Positions 1-13,170 of a stretch of 64,000 nt of DNA are shown one piece after another. Position numbers and translations under genes: made by a program. The DNA comes from Octopus vulgaris (Eukaryota), in NCBI GenBank assembly GCA_951406725.2, contig OX597815.1:60450001-60514000 (forward strand), written 5' to 3'. The notes under the pieces were generated by a model that saw only the letters and a list, made by a program, of their open reading frames with translations, was not told the origin of the DNA and did no database searches. Within the stretch, counting starts at the first letter, position 1. Each line of letters begins with the position of its first letter.

Positions 1-780
1 AGAATTAATCATTGTTTCATTTGCAGGCCCTACCATGTAGCCATTGTATTTTGTTAACAGGGTTGACAAGGAGTTCACTACTAGGATGAAAAGAATTACA
101 AATAAGTTTTCACCTTGAAACACTCTTGTCGACGCTTTAATTCTCTCAGTGATTACAGAGGCAGCTTCAGTTCGTAATGATAATTCAGTAGACCATGTTT
201 TTGTCAGCCACCTGGCGGCTATCTGAACCTTAGATATTATTATCCATGAGTGAGGAACAGTCAAATACAATTGGTAGACTCCAGTGCCGATGCTTCGCTT
301 CATTAAGTCAGTTTTGTTGATGAGGTGCTGTTCGGCACCGCTTAATCTCCTTTCTTTCCTCCACATTGTATATTTGGTCGGGACCCTGAAAGAATTCATT
401 CAAGCAACCGGTCTGTGTACAGCTTAACATAACAATTTATGGGGTAGCAGTTTTTGGTCACATGTATCTGCAGGGTTTTCGCTCCTTGTGTCTTCCCTAT
501 AGCTAACGCCTAGTTTGACCGTTCACTGTTCTTTAGAACGAGTTAACAAGGGCTTCTCTGTGGAAGGTGACATTCTCGGACCAATAACCTATTATCACGT
601 CTCTCCCAGGTAATTTTCCGTTCGATAGATTTGCAACAACAGTCAGAAGAGTCTCACTTTTGATATCGTAAGTTTTAGGAGAGCTTATGCAGTGTTCCTT
701 TTGTAGCTTATTGAATCACATTATCTCATGGTTTTGATGTTTGCTTACGCACCAAAATGACTCCAGAACGTTCTATCTGG
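1..780 (-). pseudogene. Highly decayed R4/Dong-like LINE reverse transcriptase fragment
   Basis: Minus strand near 50-145 reads TERIKASTRVFQGENLFVILFILVVNSLSTLL, resembling IKRGIFQGDSLSPLLF in the neighbouring Dong RTs; an RPV-like remnant of YRPITCL lies near 405-420. Confidence 0.5.
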
Positions 781-798
781 GATCGGACATATGTTGCC

Positions 799-1146
799 TT
801 GCCATAATAAAACTCAGGGTTGCGGATGTTGTGGCGGAAGACTGCTCCGGCATCTCGTCAGTTATTAAGACAAACAAAAATGCAATGAGAATGACCGTTA
901 AATAAAGGGAAATTACCCGAATAGGGAGAAAGTAAAAATATTTGAAGAAGGTAAACCCACGCTCATAGAATTTATGAGCGTGTTTGTCTTAATATCGGTC
1001 ATCGTTATAGTGTTTTCCCTTTATTTAACGGTCATTTTCATAGCATTTTTGTTTGTCTTAATAACTGACGAGATGCCGGAGCAGACTTCCGCCCCGACAT
1101 CTGAAACTCTGAGTTTTATTATGGCAACCGACTAATTGTCACGTAT
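799..1146. mobile_element. Fold-back PLE pseudo-LTR remnant (arms ~799-911 and ~1014-1127)
   Basis: Arms are reverse complements; small central hairpin cacgctcata-gaatt-tatgagcgtg; right arm is similar to the 3' pLTR at 15620-15765. Confidence 0.75.
1059..1121 (+). ncRNA. Minimal type I hammerhead ribozyme
   Basis: TAATAA-CTGACGA-GATG..CATC-t-GAAA-CTC(T)GAG-TT-TTATTA; stems I, II and III all pair; predicted GUU cleavage triplet. Confidence 0.7.
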
Positions 1147-1220
1147 TATATATCTTCATCCTGTAATGAATTTCAGACACATATTATATATCTCCATCCT
1201 GTAATGAATTCCACAGCTTT

Positions 1221-2490
1221 ATGCGCCATGTTAGGTTGTGTGCGCTTTTCCGCGTCACTCCACCCGCATCTAACGAGGAGGACTGCTTCACTGACTTGAG
1301 CCGCCGACCATCCCAGTGGACGCCTGCTCCTGTCCAGTTCCAAGTAGTTGATCTTTTCGCGGATGCCTGCCAGCGCGCTGTGAACCAGTTCAACTTCTCC
1401 AGGCGTCCCTGTCGTCTCAACATCTCCCCAGCCGAACTCTTGGCTCTTCGCTCCCTCCGACGCCGCACTGACATCGTTATAAAACCGGCCGACAAGGGTG
1501 GAGCCGTGGTAGTATGGCGCGTGGACCTCTATAAGGCCGAAGCTCTCCGCCAACTTCACGACACCTCCTTCTACTGGCCACTGCCCTCTGACCTCACGCC
1601 CAGCTACCAACAGATGGCATCCTCCACCAAACATGACCTCATCTCATCATCCCGTCTCCCCCACACCGCCTCCAACCTCATTGTCCGAGCCCCCCGAACC
1701 CCCACCGTTTTCCTTCCTCCCCAAATCCCCAAACCTAACAACCCTGGCCGCCCCATCGTCTCCGCTTGTAACCGCCCCACCGAGCTTATCTCCAAATATC
1801 TCGACCGTGTCCTTACACCCCTAGTGGCTTCTCTCCCTTCTCCCATCCATGACACCAACCATGCTCTTCGTCTATTCAACTCTTTCTCCTTCCCTCCTGG
1901 CCCCTCTAAATTTCTCTTCAATCTCGACATCCAGAGCCTTTACACTGTGATCCCTCACCACGAGGGGCTGCGTGCACTGAAACACTTCCTGGACCTCCGA
2001 CCCAATCCCCAACCCGACACCTCCACACTCGGTCGTCTGCGGGTGATTTCTACCAGCAACCCTCGGGAGTGGCGAAGGGAACGAGAATGGGCCCCAACTA
2101 TGCGAACCTGTTCGCTGGCTATGTTGAGGCCCAAATATTCTCAAGTTTCACTGGTCCCACTCCCAAACTATATGGCCGTTATATTGACGACTGTATCGGT
2201 GCCACCTCACTCTACCGTGATCATCTAGACTCCTTCCTCTCTTTTGTCAAATCTTTCCATCCAGCCCTCCATTTCTCATGCACTATCTCTGACACCTCTA
2301 TCTCCTTTCTTGACATTTCAGTCAGCATTCCTCACTCCACTCTTACCACCTCCTCCCACTACAAACACACAGACTCACAATCATACCTACACTTCTCCTC
2401 CTCCCACCCCAAACACACCAAGCTTTCCATCCCCTATTCCCAATTCCTCCGTCTACGCAGGCTCTGTAGTGACGACCATGACTTTGAGAC
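1221..2490 (+). pseudogene. Penelope-like (Neptune-type) RT, frameshifted and 3'-truncated
   Basis: IKPADKGGAVVV, PGRPIVS, LDIQSLYTVIPH, GTRMGPNYANLF, RYIDD and FLDI motifs; C-rich; 2270-2490 closely matches 59672-59894. Confidence 0.9.
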
Positions 2491-4900
2491 CAAATTTCAT
2501 ATCTATTTCTTTGGTAAATCCACGAACTGTCTTTAATAATGTTTCCAGCTGTTTGTCATTTGCAGCGTATAGTTTTAGGTCATCCATATATAAAAGATGG
2601 CTGATCGTTTTGCCGTAACATTTATATCCGCATCCAGTTCTATTTAGCATATCAGATAGGGGTGACAGTGCCAAGCAGAAAAGGAGTGGAGAGAGCGTGT
2701 CTCCCTGGAATATTCCTCTTCTAATGGGGATGGCTTTGGTTTTCATGAGTCCCTTTTTTGTTTGGAGCTGTAGCGCTGTTTGCCATTTATTCATAGAGTG
2801 CCCTATGAATTTTATGATTGTTGGTGCTACTTTGTTAATGGCTAGTGTTTCGAGGATCCATGTGTGGGGGATGCTATCAAACGCCTTTTTATAGTCGATC
2901 CAGGCCATACTGAGGCTTTTCTTCTTTCTGTGGCTGTCTTCAGTTATGGCTTTATTAATCATTAGTTGATCTTTACAGCCATATGAGCCTTTGCGGCATC
3001 CTTTCTGCTCTTCTGGGAACAGTTTGTTTTCGTCCAGGTGCTTGTTCAACCTTTGCGATATCGCTGCAGTAAATACCTTGAACATTCTAGGGAGACAGGT
3101 TATTGGTCTGTAGTTTTCTGGTTTTGCTGTCTCATTTGATTTGGGAATTAAGATGGTTTTCCCCTTCGTGAGCCATTCAGGCATTGTCTCTGGCTCTGCT
3201 AGTATGTTGTTAAAGTTTTCAGCCAGCTTTTTGTGCATTCCTGTTAGATATTTCAACCAGAAGTTGGGGATCTTGTCATACCCAAGTGCCTTCCAGTTGC
3301 TTAGTCTTTGCAGTGCCTGGGTGACCTCTTCAGTTGTTATGGGGGTCCAAAGTTGTTCAGATGCCGAGTTTGTTATTTTGATACTCCTTTTTTTGGTTGT
3401 TCGTTTGCCGACCATATTTCTCTCGAGCATTCTTCCACTTCTCCTGCCGTTGGTGCTGCAGTGATTTCTATTTTATTGTTGCCAAGATCTTGGTAGAACT
3501 TTTTGGGGTTGGAGTTGAACTTTTTGTTTTGTTCAAAGAAGCGCTGGCGTTTCTCGTACCGGCGGATCCTTTGTGCTTTGGCAAGGATATCTTGCTTCAG
3601 CTTTTCTTTTATCTCAGGTAAATCTTTTTCTGTCATGTTATATTTGCGGAGTATTTTTATTTATTTTTGTTGCTCAGTAGCGATGATTGTCTGCTGATTT
3701 CATTAAGAATCGACAGATCTTTTCTCATTTTTTGTATTTTGTTTTTGATGTTATTTATCCACAGGGTTTGTTTGGGTGGTGGTACTCCTGTTTGGATGGG
3801 TTTGAGTGAGTATCCAGCTTCTTTTGTGGCTGCAGTGGCTGCTGCGTATACTAAGTCATTTAGCTAAGTGATATCGCTTTTGTTTCAGTGGCTATTAGTT
3901 CCGTGATGGCTAGGTTTATGCTGTTTATAATTGGTGTTGTTGTTTCGTCTATTTTGATTCTTGGGAGGTATGGTCGGTGGTTCATTCTGAGCTCTGTGGT
4001 TTTCAGTTCTTTGATTATTTTACTTTTATATTATCATAATCATTAGGCTCCCCTTCGCTGTTTACATCGTGTTTGTTGGGAATGTTTCGTTTGTGTTCGT
4101 GTTTTACTATTTCAGTGTTTATATTATTGGGCATTGTTGTGTGGCTTCTATCTACATTTTCCTGGTATATTTTTTCTTTTAGATGTTCTGTTTCTATTTC
4201 TGATATTTTTTTTGCGTTGAGAATGTATCTTCGTACGTTAGCTAATTTATTAGGGTTCATTGCTGTATCCAAGTCTATATTTATGTTGTTTTCCATCCAT
4301 ATTTTATATGTATGTGTTGTTTTTTCATGTTTTGGGTAGAGCATTGCTGTGAAGTATGCGTGTAAGATAGAAATGTATTCCTCACATGTCCATTTATGTC
4401 TATTGGGTTTTATTTGCGGGACATGAGGAACAACGCCCGGCCCATTATTTTGACGGTCGTCATTTTCGTAGGGTACCGGTCCGTTCATTTCTGTTGTCAC
4501 ATTATTTCGCACGTGTAGTTTTTCGTACATTTTTTGTTGTAATTTTAAAGTACGTACCGCTCGATTGTTATTCTTGGGTTGAATAATATCGGTCGCATTT
4601 AATTTCTTCGTAGTTCCTTTGTACATGGTGTTTGGGGTCGGGGATGATCTGGTGTTGATGGATCGTAATGTATCACGCATGTTTACATGTGTTGTGTTAG
4701 AGGTGGAGATGATATCGAGTCAAAATACATCATTTCGTTTCGAAAATAGTAATAAATTTCAATTAGTATTACTTACTCGGATACAGTCCAATCCTTTGTT
4801 AGTAAATCTTTGGCTCCATACGATGTCCTTGTTTTCGATGTTTGTGGATAGATTTCGGAGCTCTGTTTTTTTCCTTCTTACATCTTAAACGTCTCCCGGT

Positions 4901-4901
<1 letters not shown>
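2486..4901 (-). mobile_element. R4/Dong-like LINE, family A, 3'-truncated and disrupted (ORF pieces 4015-4680, 3373-3636, 2453-3430)
   Basis: Myb-like N-terminus (RHKWTCEEY..NKLANVRR); RT motifs YRPITCL, WIDYKKAFDS, GIFQGDTLSPLLF, HLLYMDDLKL; 5' end abuts (TAA)n. Confidence 0.9.
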
Positions 4902-4949
<48 letters not shown>

Positions 4950-4950
4950 C
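4902..4950. repeat. (TAT/ATA)n microsatellite separating two Dong-like LINEs
   Basis: Direct reading. Confidence 0.95.
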
Positions 4951-7900
4951 ATTGTCATTTACTTTTAATCTGCATGTTTGATGCAATCACCTGCCGGGGC
5001 ACACCCAGCGCCCTAGGGCAAGTGAAGGTTAAGAGTTGTTGAAATATAGCTGAAAGCTTGGGGAGGGGAAGTAGAGATATATCTCCATGTAATGCAAACA
5101 CAAACATTTACGTTGATAGGGTTTTTCTAAGGATGTGGGCAGTACTTGTTAGCACAATCTTTTGGATTTCCTTGAGACATGGTTTTCCAGGGATATTGTC
5201 TAGGTGTTTCTGACATCCCCTTTTTATCATACCTAGGGCACCTACAACAACAGGAACAGTTTTTGTTTTAAGATTCCACATCCTCTGTATTTCGATTTCC
5301 AGGTCCTTATATTTACTAAGTTTGTCAAATTCCTTGACAGATACATTTTAATCAGTGGGGACGCTTACTTCTATTAGTCTGCAGGTATTTTCTTCCCTGT
5401 CTTTAACAATTATGTCTGGTCGATTAGCCTTGATCGTTCTGTCAGTGTTGACTGGAAAATCCCAGAGGATGGTGACATCTTTACCTTCAACAACTGGCTG
5501 AGGATGGTGTTCATACCAGTTAGCAGGAGTGTTGGATTTGTAGTGTTTACATATCTTCCAATGTATATACTGTCCTACCCTATCGTGGCGATTTTTGTAT
5601 TCGTTTGGTGTCAGCACAGGACATCCCGAAACGAGATGGTCTATCGTTTCGTCAAATGTGTCGCAGAATCTGCATTTAGGGTCAGTACCGTTTCGGAGAA
5701 CGTTAGCCTGGTAATTTCTGGTAAACAAGCTTTGATCTTGTGCTGCCATTATGAAACCTTCAGTCTCTGCTTTCAATCCAGAGCTCTTCAGCCACTGATG
5801 GGTTGTTGCTTGGTCTACATCAGCATTTTGGCTTCGGAGAATATATTGTCCATGCAGGGGCTTCTGGCTCCACCGCCTCTCAATTTGATTCTGCCCGTTC
5901 TTTTTTGCAGTCTGCTTGATTCGCTTTGCTTGCTTGGTAGCAGTGGTTTCCGGCTCTTCATCTGATTCAAGGTTAATGTCTAGATCCCTTTCGAACTTAT
6001 AAGCTTCCTTCACAATAGAATGTAGCTTTTTGCTGCTTTCGTGTTCGCACACAAGTCGCAGCATCCAGTCCTTTGTACTAGATAGGTACCTGTTCATTCC
6101 TACAGTAGAGGTCTTATAGCACAGCTCTAATTGCATCATTCCTCTCCCCCCGCTGCTTCTAGGTAGGTACAAGCGGTCTACATCTGCCTTAGGGTGGTGC
6201 ATGCTCTTGGATGTCAGTAACTTTCTTGTCTTCCTGTCCAAGCGTTGGAGTTCCGTAAGGTTCCAGTTAATGATGTTAAAACTGTACTGGACTACTGGAA
6301 GTGCCAGGGTGTTAATGCAATTTTTGGAGTTGAGTTCAGTCTTCAGTACAATTCTCCTATAGTATTCCTTTCTTATTTTTTCCTTCATAGTAGCATGATG
6401 TATACCATCTCCTTCGTTGATTCCTAGGTATTTGTAACTTTCCTGTGGGTCAAGTTCCTTGATGGTAGTGTCAATATCTAATTTAACAGAAGCTGTTTGC
6501 CTGAGCTTGCCTCTTACAAAAGTTGCTTTAGCACACTTATCAAGGCCAAAATCCATTCCGATATCATTGCTAAACTCTTTAACAGTTGTTAGCAGCCCTT
6601 CTAGCTCTTGGTCATTCCTGGCAAACAGCTTTAGGTCGTCCATATAGAAAAGGTGGTTTATTAACTTACTAAAAACTTTGTACCCATATCTGGTACTATC
6701 CAATTCGTTTGAGAGTGGGATCAGTGCCATGCAAAAAAGTAATGGAGAGAGGGAGTCACCTTGAAAGATGCCTCGTTTGATGTTGATGCTGTTGGACTGG
6801 CTCATCCCATTACTATGGCTTAGAAAGAGACGTGTGTTCCACATGGTCATGCTATTCTCTAAGAATTTTGAGACGACAGGAGAGATCTTGTATATCTCAA
6901 GGGCCTTGAGTATCCATTTATGTGGGGCACTGTCATACGCTTTCCTGTAGTCTATCCATGCCATACTCAGGTTTTTGTTTTTGCTCCGGCAATTCTCTAC
7001 AATCATTCTGTTTATGAGCAATTGGTCTTTGCACCCATAAGAGTTTCTTTTACAACCTTTTTGAGCTTGTGGAAGGATAGAATTTTGTTCAAGGAAAGCG
7101 TACATTCTCTCCGTTATTACGGATGTGAGGATTTTGTAGGTGGTGTTGAGACATGTTATTGGCCGGTAATTCTTTCGGTTTTTTGTGTCTTCGGTTTTAG
7201 GTAATAGGTAGGTGGTTCCTTCAGTCAGCCAAGCAGGTATTTGCTCTGGGTTCTGAATGACATCAGACAGAGATGCAGCGAGATGTTCGTGTACCTCTGT
7301 CAAACAATTCAGCCAGAAGTTAGGGATCCGATCCAGTCCTGGGGTTTTCCATTTATGAGCCTTCCTAAGGACACACCTTAGCTCCTCTATTCCTATTGCT
7401 TCCCATTTCTGTTCTTCAAGTTCATCCAGTCTCTCTTTCTCACGTTCTATCCAGTCAGCCTCAGCATTAAACTCTTTTTCGTTGCTCCATACCTTCTTCC
7501 AGAACTCCTCCACTTCCTCAATCTTAGGTGGATCTTCTATGTGTATTTTATTTTTTTGACAATTTCCCTATAAAATTTCTTTGCATCTGTCTTAAAAAAT
7601 TTATTTTGTCGATAAAATTTGTTTCTTTTGTCACACCTTCTAAGCCGTTGAGCTTTCAACTGTATCCGTTGTTTCAACAGTTCCTTAGTTGCAGGGAGGT
7701 TTATGAGATCTTTGATTTTATATTTTTGCTTGATTTTTCTAGCTTTTCTCGGCTTAATATTCACTCCTCTAGCAAGCTCATCGAGAACATCCGCCCGCAG
7801 AGATTCAATCTCTTTTTGTATCGCTACTTTCCACTTAGGAGGTTCATTGACATGCCTGGCCTTTTTCTTTGTCATCTTAATACCTAGTTGGGTAGTTACT

Positions 7901-9542
7901 ACTTTAGCAGTGGAATAAATGAGATTATTTAAGGTTGTCAAATCATTCCCCTTATTTCTTAAGATCTGTCCTAGGGCAACGTTATATGTCATGATTGTGT
8001 TGTTATTTCTTGTGCCATTTGAAAACTTTGGTAGTGGTTCTCTATTAACCATGTCAGTGAGCTCAATCTTGCCGAGTTCTCTCATAATGTCCACTTTTGC
8101 TTCCATAATCTTTTCTCTATTATTTACCTCAAATTCTATGTCATATCTATTTTGGTTTTCTTGAGGAAGGTCTACGTTCTCCTCTTTTTTCAAATCTCTC
8201 GTCTTCGCTATTCTTTGTTTAACTTCTCCATTGGGAAGTTGATTTGCCGCTTGTACACTGGCTTCTGAGCTACTGTTACCTATTTCGTCTACATTGTTGC
8301 TGTTTTCTTTTGGTCTACCATGAGCTATTAGTGTCCTAATTTTGTCAATTTCAGCGTCAGTTAGTCTTTTGTTTTTAATTATATCTCTGCGTACATTACT
8401 TAATTTATTTGCGTCTATATATCTACGTACGTCATTGCCTACTGAATTTCTCCATGAGATGTATGTTTGTACACTGAGGTTATTGTTTGGGTTTAGTTGG
8501 GCTGTATAAAAAGCTTTCAACACATCTCTATAGTCCTCTCTGGTCCATTTTATACGTTTTGCTTTAGGTGGTGTTTTTGGTGGTGTCACTACAAGTCCAG
8601 AGTTAGAAGTATTCTGGTTCTGGTCACCTGGTAGATCGTCTTTTTGGGAGTTTGTTCCAGCAGCAAACTTTTCGACCCCAGTCTGGTTCCCTACTGGGTA
8701 ACGCGGTCCTTGTTGTCCCGGGCGATGACCGATCCGGCATGATTTTTGGCTTGTTTTCATTAAATGATTGACGGCGACATCAGAGGGGTCCATTTTTTCA
8801 GAGTCAACTTTTTGACAAGACGCCGCCTCTGTGACGGTGACGTTAGAGGAAGGGGCTGTTTGTACAGGGTCAATTTTTTGACAAAACACCGCTTCTGAAT
8901 TCTCCGAATTAATATATTGTTCATATCGAACTCGCATAAGACTTACAGATCGAAATTCGCCTCTATTTATTTTGGTAGTCATGTTTCCGGGCATAACTGT
9001 TCAGTGACTTTCTAAATTCAGTGACCAATTTGCTCTTTTTTGCGTTTGTTCGTGAAAAATCGCTTTGTTTTTGTTTTGTTTTCGTCCGCGTAACGTGGTT
9101 TTTCTTTCTGTGTGTACGTGTGAGCGCGTGTAAGCATTATTTATGCTTTATAATTAAAATGTGTACATGTATGCACAAACAGTTGCATGTATACTTTACA
9201 ATTAAAATGTCTACGTGTATGCATAAACAGTTGCATGTATACTTATTTAATTAATTAATTAATTAATCAATTTATGTACTTACTGTCTTTTAAGAGCTCT
9301 GATGTTCGCTTCTATTTCTTATGCATGTCACATGGAAATATTATGCATAAAAGAAAGAAAACCATACTATATATGGCAATAATAGTTCGGACTTTTTAGT
9401 TACTTTGCCTTAAAAGAACATTTGGAAAAGATATTTTGTGGAACCTTTCTTCCATTGCAACGATGTTGTTGGATTAAATTCGTTTTTTGGAGAGAGGCTC
9501 CCAGGGAACATCCATGTTGTTATTCAGCCCGGAGCTCTCTTC

Positions 9543-9543
<1 letters not shown>
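4951..9543 (-). mobile_element. Full-length R4/Dong-like RLE LINE, family B
   Basis: Single long disrupted ORF with 5' and 3' UTRs, bounded on both sides by (TAA)n, the known Dong target. Confidence 0.9.
5108..8994 (-). pseudogene. Dong-like ORF: Myb-like domain, RT, CCHC finger, restriction-like endonuclease
   Basis: RIKWTREDY; FYMDDLKLF; CRFC..IDHLVSGC..RHD..RPDI..IEVSVP; frameshift near 7520-7540; in-frame TAA at 5348-5350, after which the frame continues [32 protein letters not shown] to a stop at 5108. Confidence 0.9.
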
Positions 9544-9620
<77 letters not shown>

Positions 9621-9643
9621 CATTATTATTATTATTATTATTA

Positions 9644-9707
<64 letters not shown>

Positions 9708-9713
9708 TACTAC

Positions 9714-9771
<58 letters not shown>
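9544..9771. repeat. (TAT)n microsatellite
   Basis: Direct reading. Confidence 0.95.
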
Positions 9772-9772
<1 letters not shown>

Positions 9773-9913
9773 TATGTTTGACTTTTGCTTTATGTCTGTA
9801 CAAGTTGGATCCATGTCTCACCCAGAGACCTCAAGAGACAACAGGTTGGAAGTTCACGTTGTTGTTATGCCTAGTGTGCCATATAGTGTGCCATATAGTG
9901 TGCCATATATTTC

Positions 9914-10041
9914 CAACGGGAAACTCAGAGTAACAGGTTTTGTTGAATTTTCTGCTGCTTTAAATAAAGCATATTACTGTACCAGTGGTATTTGAGTACT
10001 CTTTTTTCCACCTTGTTTCACATTTTTGTGTTTACTCCGGT
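9914..10041 (+). mobile_element. Solo 3' fragment of the PLE pLTR family at 40951-44132
   Basis: caacgggaaactcagagtaacagg..tttactccgg matches the reverse complement of 40952-41080; carries the 3' half of the HHR; ends in (TA)n. Confidence 0.85.
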
Positions 10042-10050
10042 ATATATACA

Positions 10051-10131
<81 letters not shown>

Positions 10132-10359
10132 TTACATTGAGAAATATGTCTGTGTGAGTGTATATATTCACAAATACTTAGTTACAGACGGGCATACAAA
10201 CATGCACACGTAACTAAATTGATACATAAATATATTTACCAAACGCTTGCTTAGACACGCACATAGACACGCGCACACACAGATATACATACATGCATGT
10301 ATTATAACATACACGCACACACACATGCACACATATATACACATACAGACACTCACACG

Positions 10360-10398
<39 letters not shown>

Positions 10399-10921
10399 AG
10401 AGATACGGATGTGTACATATATATGTATGCGTGTGTTTGTGTGTATGCATGTAGGTGTGAAAGTTCGATTTTTTTAAATGACTGACGACTTTCTCGATAA
10501 TATCTTGGCAAGATGAAACTAAGAAAACAAAACAAAGAGAAGGAAAAAATAGATATATTTATTCAGTTGTCATTGTTCAGTAATTGTGGGTATATGAGTA
10601 TGTTTGTATATGTGTGTCTATGTATATGTACTGCATTGTTGTGTGCGTTTGCATGTGTATTTGTGTATATGTTTGTACATGTTCGTTTGTGTGGGTATTT
10701 CTGATCATGTGTGTTTGTGTGTATATACACTTTTCGTCATTGTATATGTACTTGTGTGTCTGAGGATGTTTGGTTGTTTTTCAGCTCATGTTTTTGCCCA
10801 TGTGCTGTTGTGTGAGGTATATAAATAAAAGATGAATACATAAATAAATATTTTATCGAAATACACACAGGCGCACCCGCGCGCGCACACACACACACAT
10901 ATATATGCTCACATACATGTA

Positions 10922-10968
<47 letters not shown>

Positions 10969-11167
10969 ACATATACATATGTATATGTATATGTATATGT
11001 ATACACACACACACACACACATATATATATGTATATATGTATGTATACATACATATAAACGAATTTACTCACATACATGTATATGCATTACTATACGTGT
11101 TTATATGTGCATATATTCGTACATAGAAATTTCCATACATTTATTACACACACACACGCACACGCAT

Positions 11168-11208
<41 letters not shown>

Positions 11209-11230
11209 TACACATATACATATATGCATA
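10041..11230. repeat. Compound (TA)n/(CA)n/(TATG)n microsatellite field
   Basis: Direct reading. Confidence 0.9.
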
Positions 11231-12032
11231 TGCAAGAAAGCACATGGTGCAAAACAAAAGAAAGATGATGACGCCTTGGCCAAAGAGGAAAGTGTCTGAC
11301 TTTAGCCCTATCAAACGGGTTCATCATACTACTTCTTTCGCTACAGCCACCAGACAAATGAAAATTGCCTGCCCCTCCAGGTAAAGGAGCCCGGGGTGGG
11401 TGCAATCTTCACTATGGATTCAGCTGATAGCCGGTTCCGTTTTACACGCGATAGCAGCTGTTCGACATAAACCCAGAGGTCAGCAATGCTGGGGCATTGG
11501 ACGGGTGCGTGCGGAACGTTTCATCGCTCTGAGCGCACCTCCTACTCTCGAACGAGTAGTGCTCTCCGTAGTACTGCACGAAAGATATGGGTATAAATGC
11601 AGATTAAATGATAGGCAAGGAAGAGTTTAACCAATGAGCTGAGGAGAAGAGAAAAGAAGATATCTCTTAGAATGAGAATGCATTGACAGATTGAAAGGAA
11701 CACAAAGGATGTTAAAAATAATACACCATCGTGGGCATGGCTTGGGCGAAGTGATTTGAAGCGTTTCACCGAAAGCCTGATCACTGGTGCACAACACCAG
11801 GCTCTCGCCACCAAGTCAGTGAAGAATAACATCTATAAAACTTCTTACACCCAGAAATGCAAACTCTGTGGAAAGAGCGTGGAAAATGTGACCCACTTGG
11901 TAAGTGGATGTGAGAGCCTTTGGTTCCCCTGAAGGAAGAGAGTATTACTATTTTAGCATAGTCTTTCTTCCAAAATGCATTAACCCATTCTCCCCTCGTA
12001 TGCATATGTGTGTGTGTATTTATGTAAATATG

Positions 12033-12082
<50 letters not shown>

Positions 12083-12098
12083 AAATATATATATATGT

Positions 12099-12138
<40 letters not shown>

Positions 12139-12139
<1 letters not shown>

Positions 12140-12815
12140 ATACGGGTTGCTAATTCGCAATTTTACAACCTAAAGGCAGAGATATATGTCACTAAAGTGA
12201 ATAAGGGCACTAACCAGCACCAGTATTCCTAGAAATAAGAGTAAAAATAACTCAATAACCACAAAAAACACTATCTTATTGAGCTGGAAAGAGAGACAGG
12301 TCCCATACGGTCGTAGATAGAGCCAGATCACCGATGATTTCGCATTCTGACGCTTAACGCATCTTAATGCTCATCAGTAGCTCTCACAGCGCCTAGGGTT
12401 AAATTCATCTCGCTCTCTCAGCACTAGCATTGCCAGAAATAAAAGCCAATAATGCAGATTAGTGCCCTTGTTTACTTTAGTGACGTATATATATCAGCCT
12501 TTAGGTTGTAAAATTGCAAATTAGCCACCCATATTATATATAATTCTCCCACTACCGTTTATATAATCAGCATATTATTTCAACGGAGATCTTAGAAGCT
12601 CAGAGAGCGAGATGACTTTAACTCTGGGCACGGTGAGAGCTACTGATGAGCATTAAGACGCATTAAGCATCAGAATCATCGGTGATCTGCGACTGTAGGG
12701 GGCTTGTCTCCCTTGTCAGTTCATTAAAATAGTGAATTTTGTGGCTATTAAGTTGTTTTGACTAATATTTCTAGCGATACTGGTGCTGATTAATGCCCTT
12801 GTTCATTTTAGTGAC
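12139..12815. mobile_element. Nested fold-back non-coding element, probable PLE pLTR remnant
   Basis: 12139-12215 is inverted at 12455-12535; 12190-12422 is inverted at 12598-12815; flanked by microsatellites. Confidence 0.75.
12319..12384 (-). ncRNA. Type I hammerhead ribozyme with canonical core
   Basis: Minus strand AGAGCTA-CTGATGA-GCATT..AATGC-GAAA-TCA(TCGG)TGA-TC-TGGCTCT; the inverted copy at ~12636-12690 has lost GCGAAA. Confidence 0.8.
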
Positions 12816-12879
12816 ACACAGAGACACAGAGACACACACACACACACACAACCACACACACCCACAGACACAGACATAA

Positions 12880-12924
<45 letters not shown>

Positions 12925-13170
12925 AAATTTGCCCAGAACACTACATCGGACAAACAGAAATCGCATTCAGAAAACTTATAACGGTACGCCAACAAATCAG
13001 TGAACCACATAAGAAATATATCCTTGAATGAATACATTGGTAACTGTGGAGGCCAGATCTTACCTAACTATTCTGCTTTCCTTTTCTACCCATGTAGGGA
13101 CTCAATGCCTGAACAGCAATGAAAGAATAAAAAATATATTTTATTAACAAATACAAACGAAACCTTAATG
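12925..13170 (+). pseudogene. Decayed PLE GIY-YIG endonuclease fragment
   Basis: CPEHYIGQTEIAFRKLITVRQQI, similar to the GIY-YIG region at 25560-25800. Confidence 0.65.

Noticed and set aside
9422-11300. Poly-L/Y/I and [12 protein letters not shown] ORFs here and throughout the window
   Set aside because: They are translations of microsatellites that happen to lack stop codons
11245-12000. Higher-complexity island between microsatellites
   Set aside because: No recognisable protein, RNA or terminal-repeat signature could be assigned by eye
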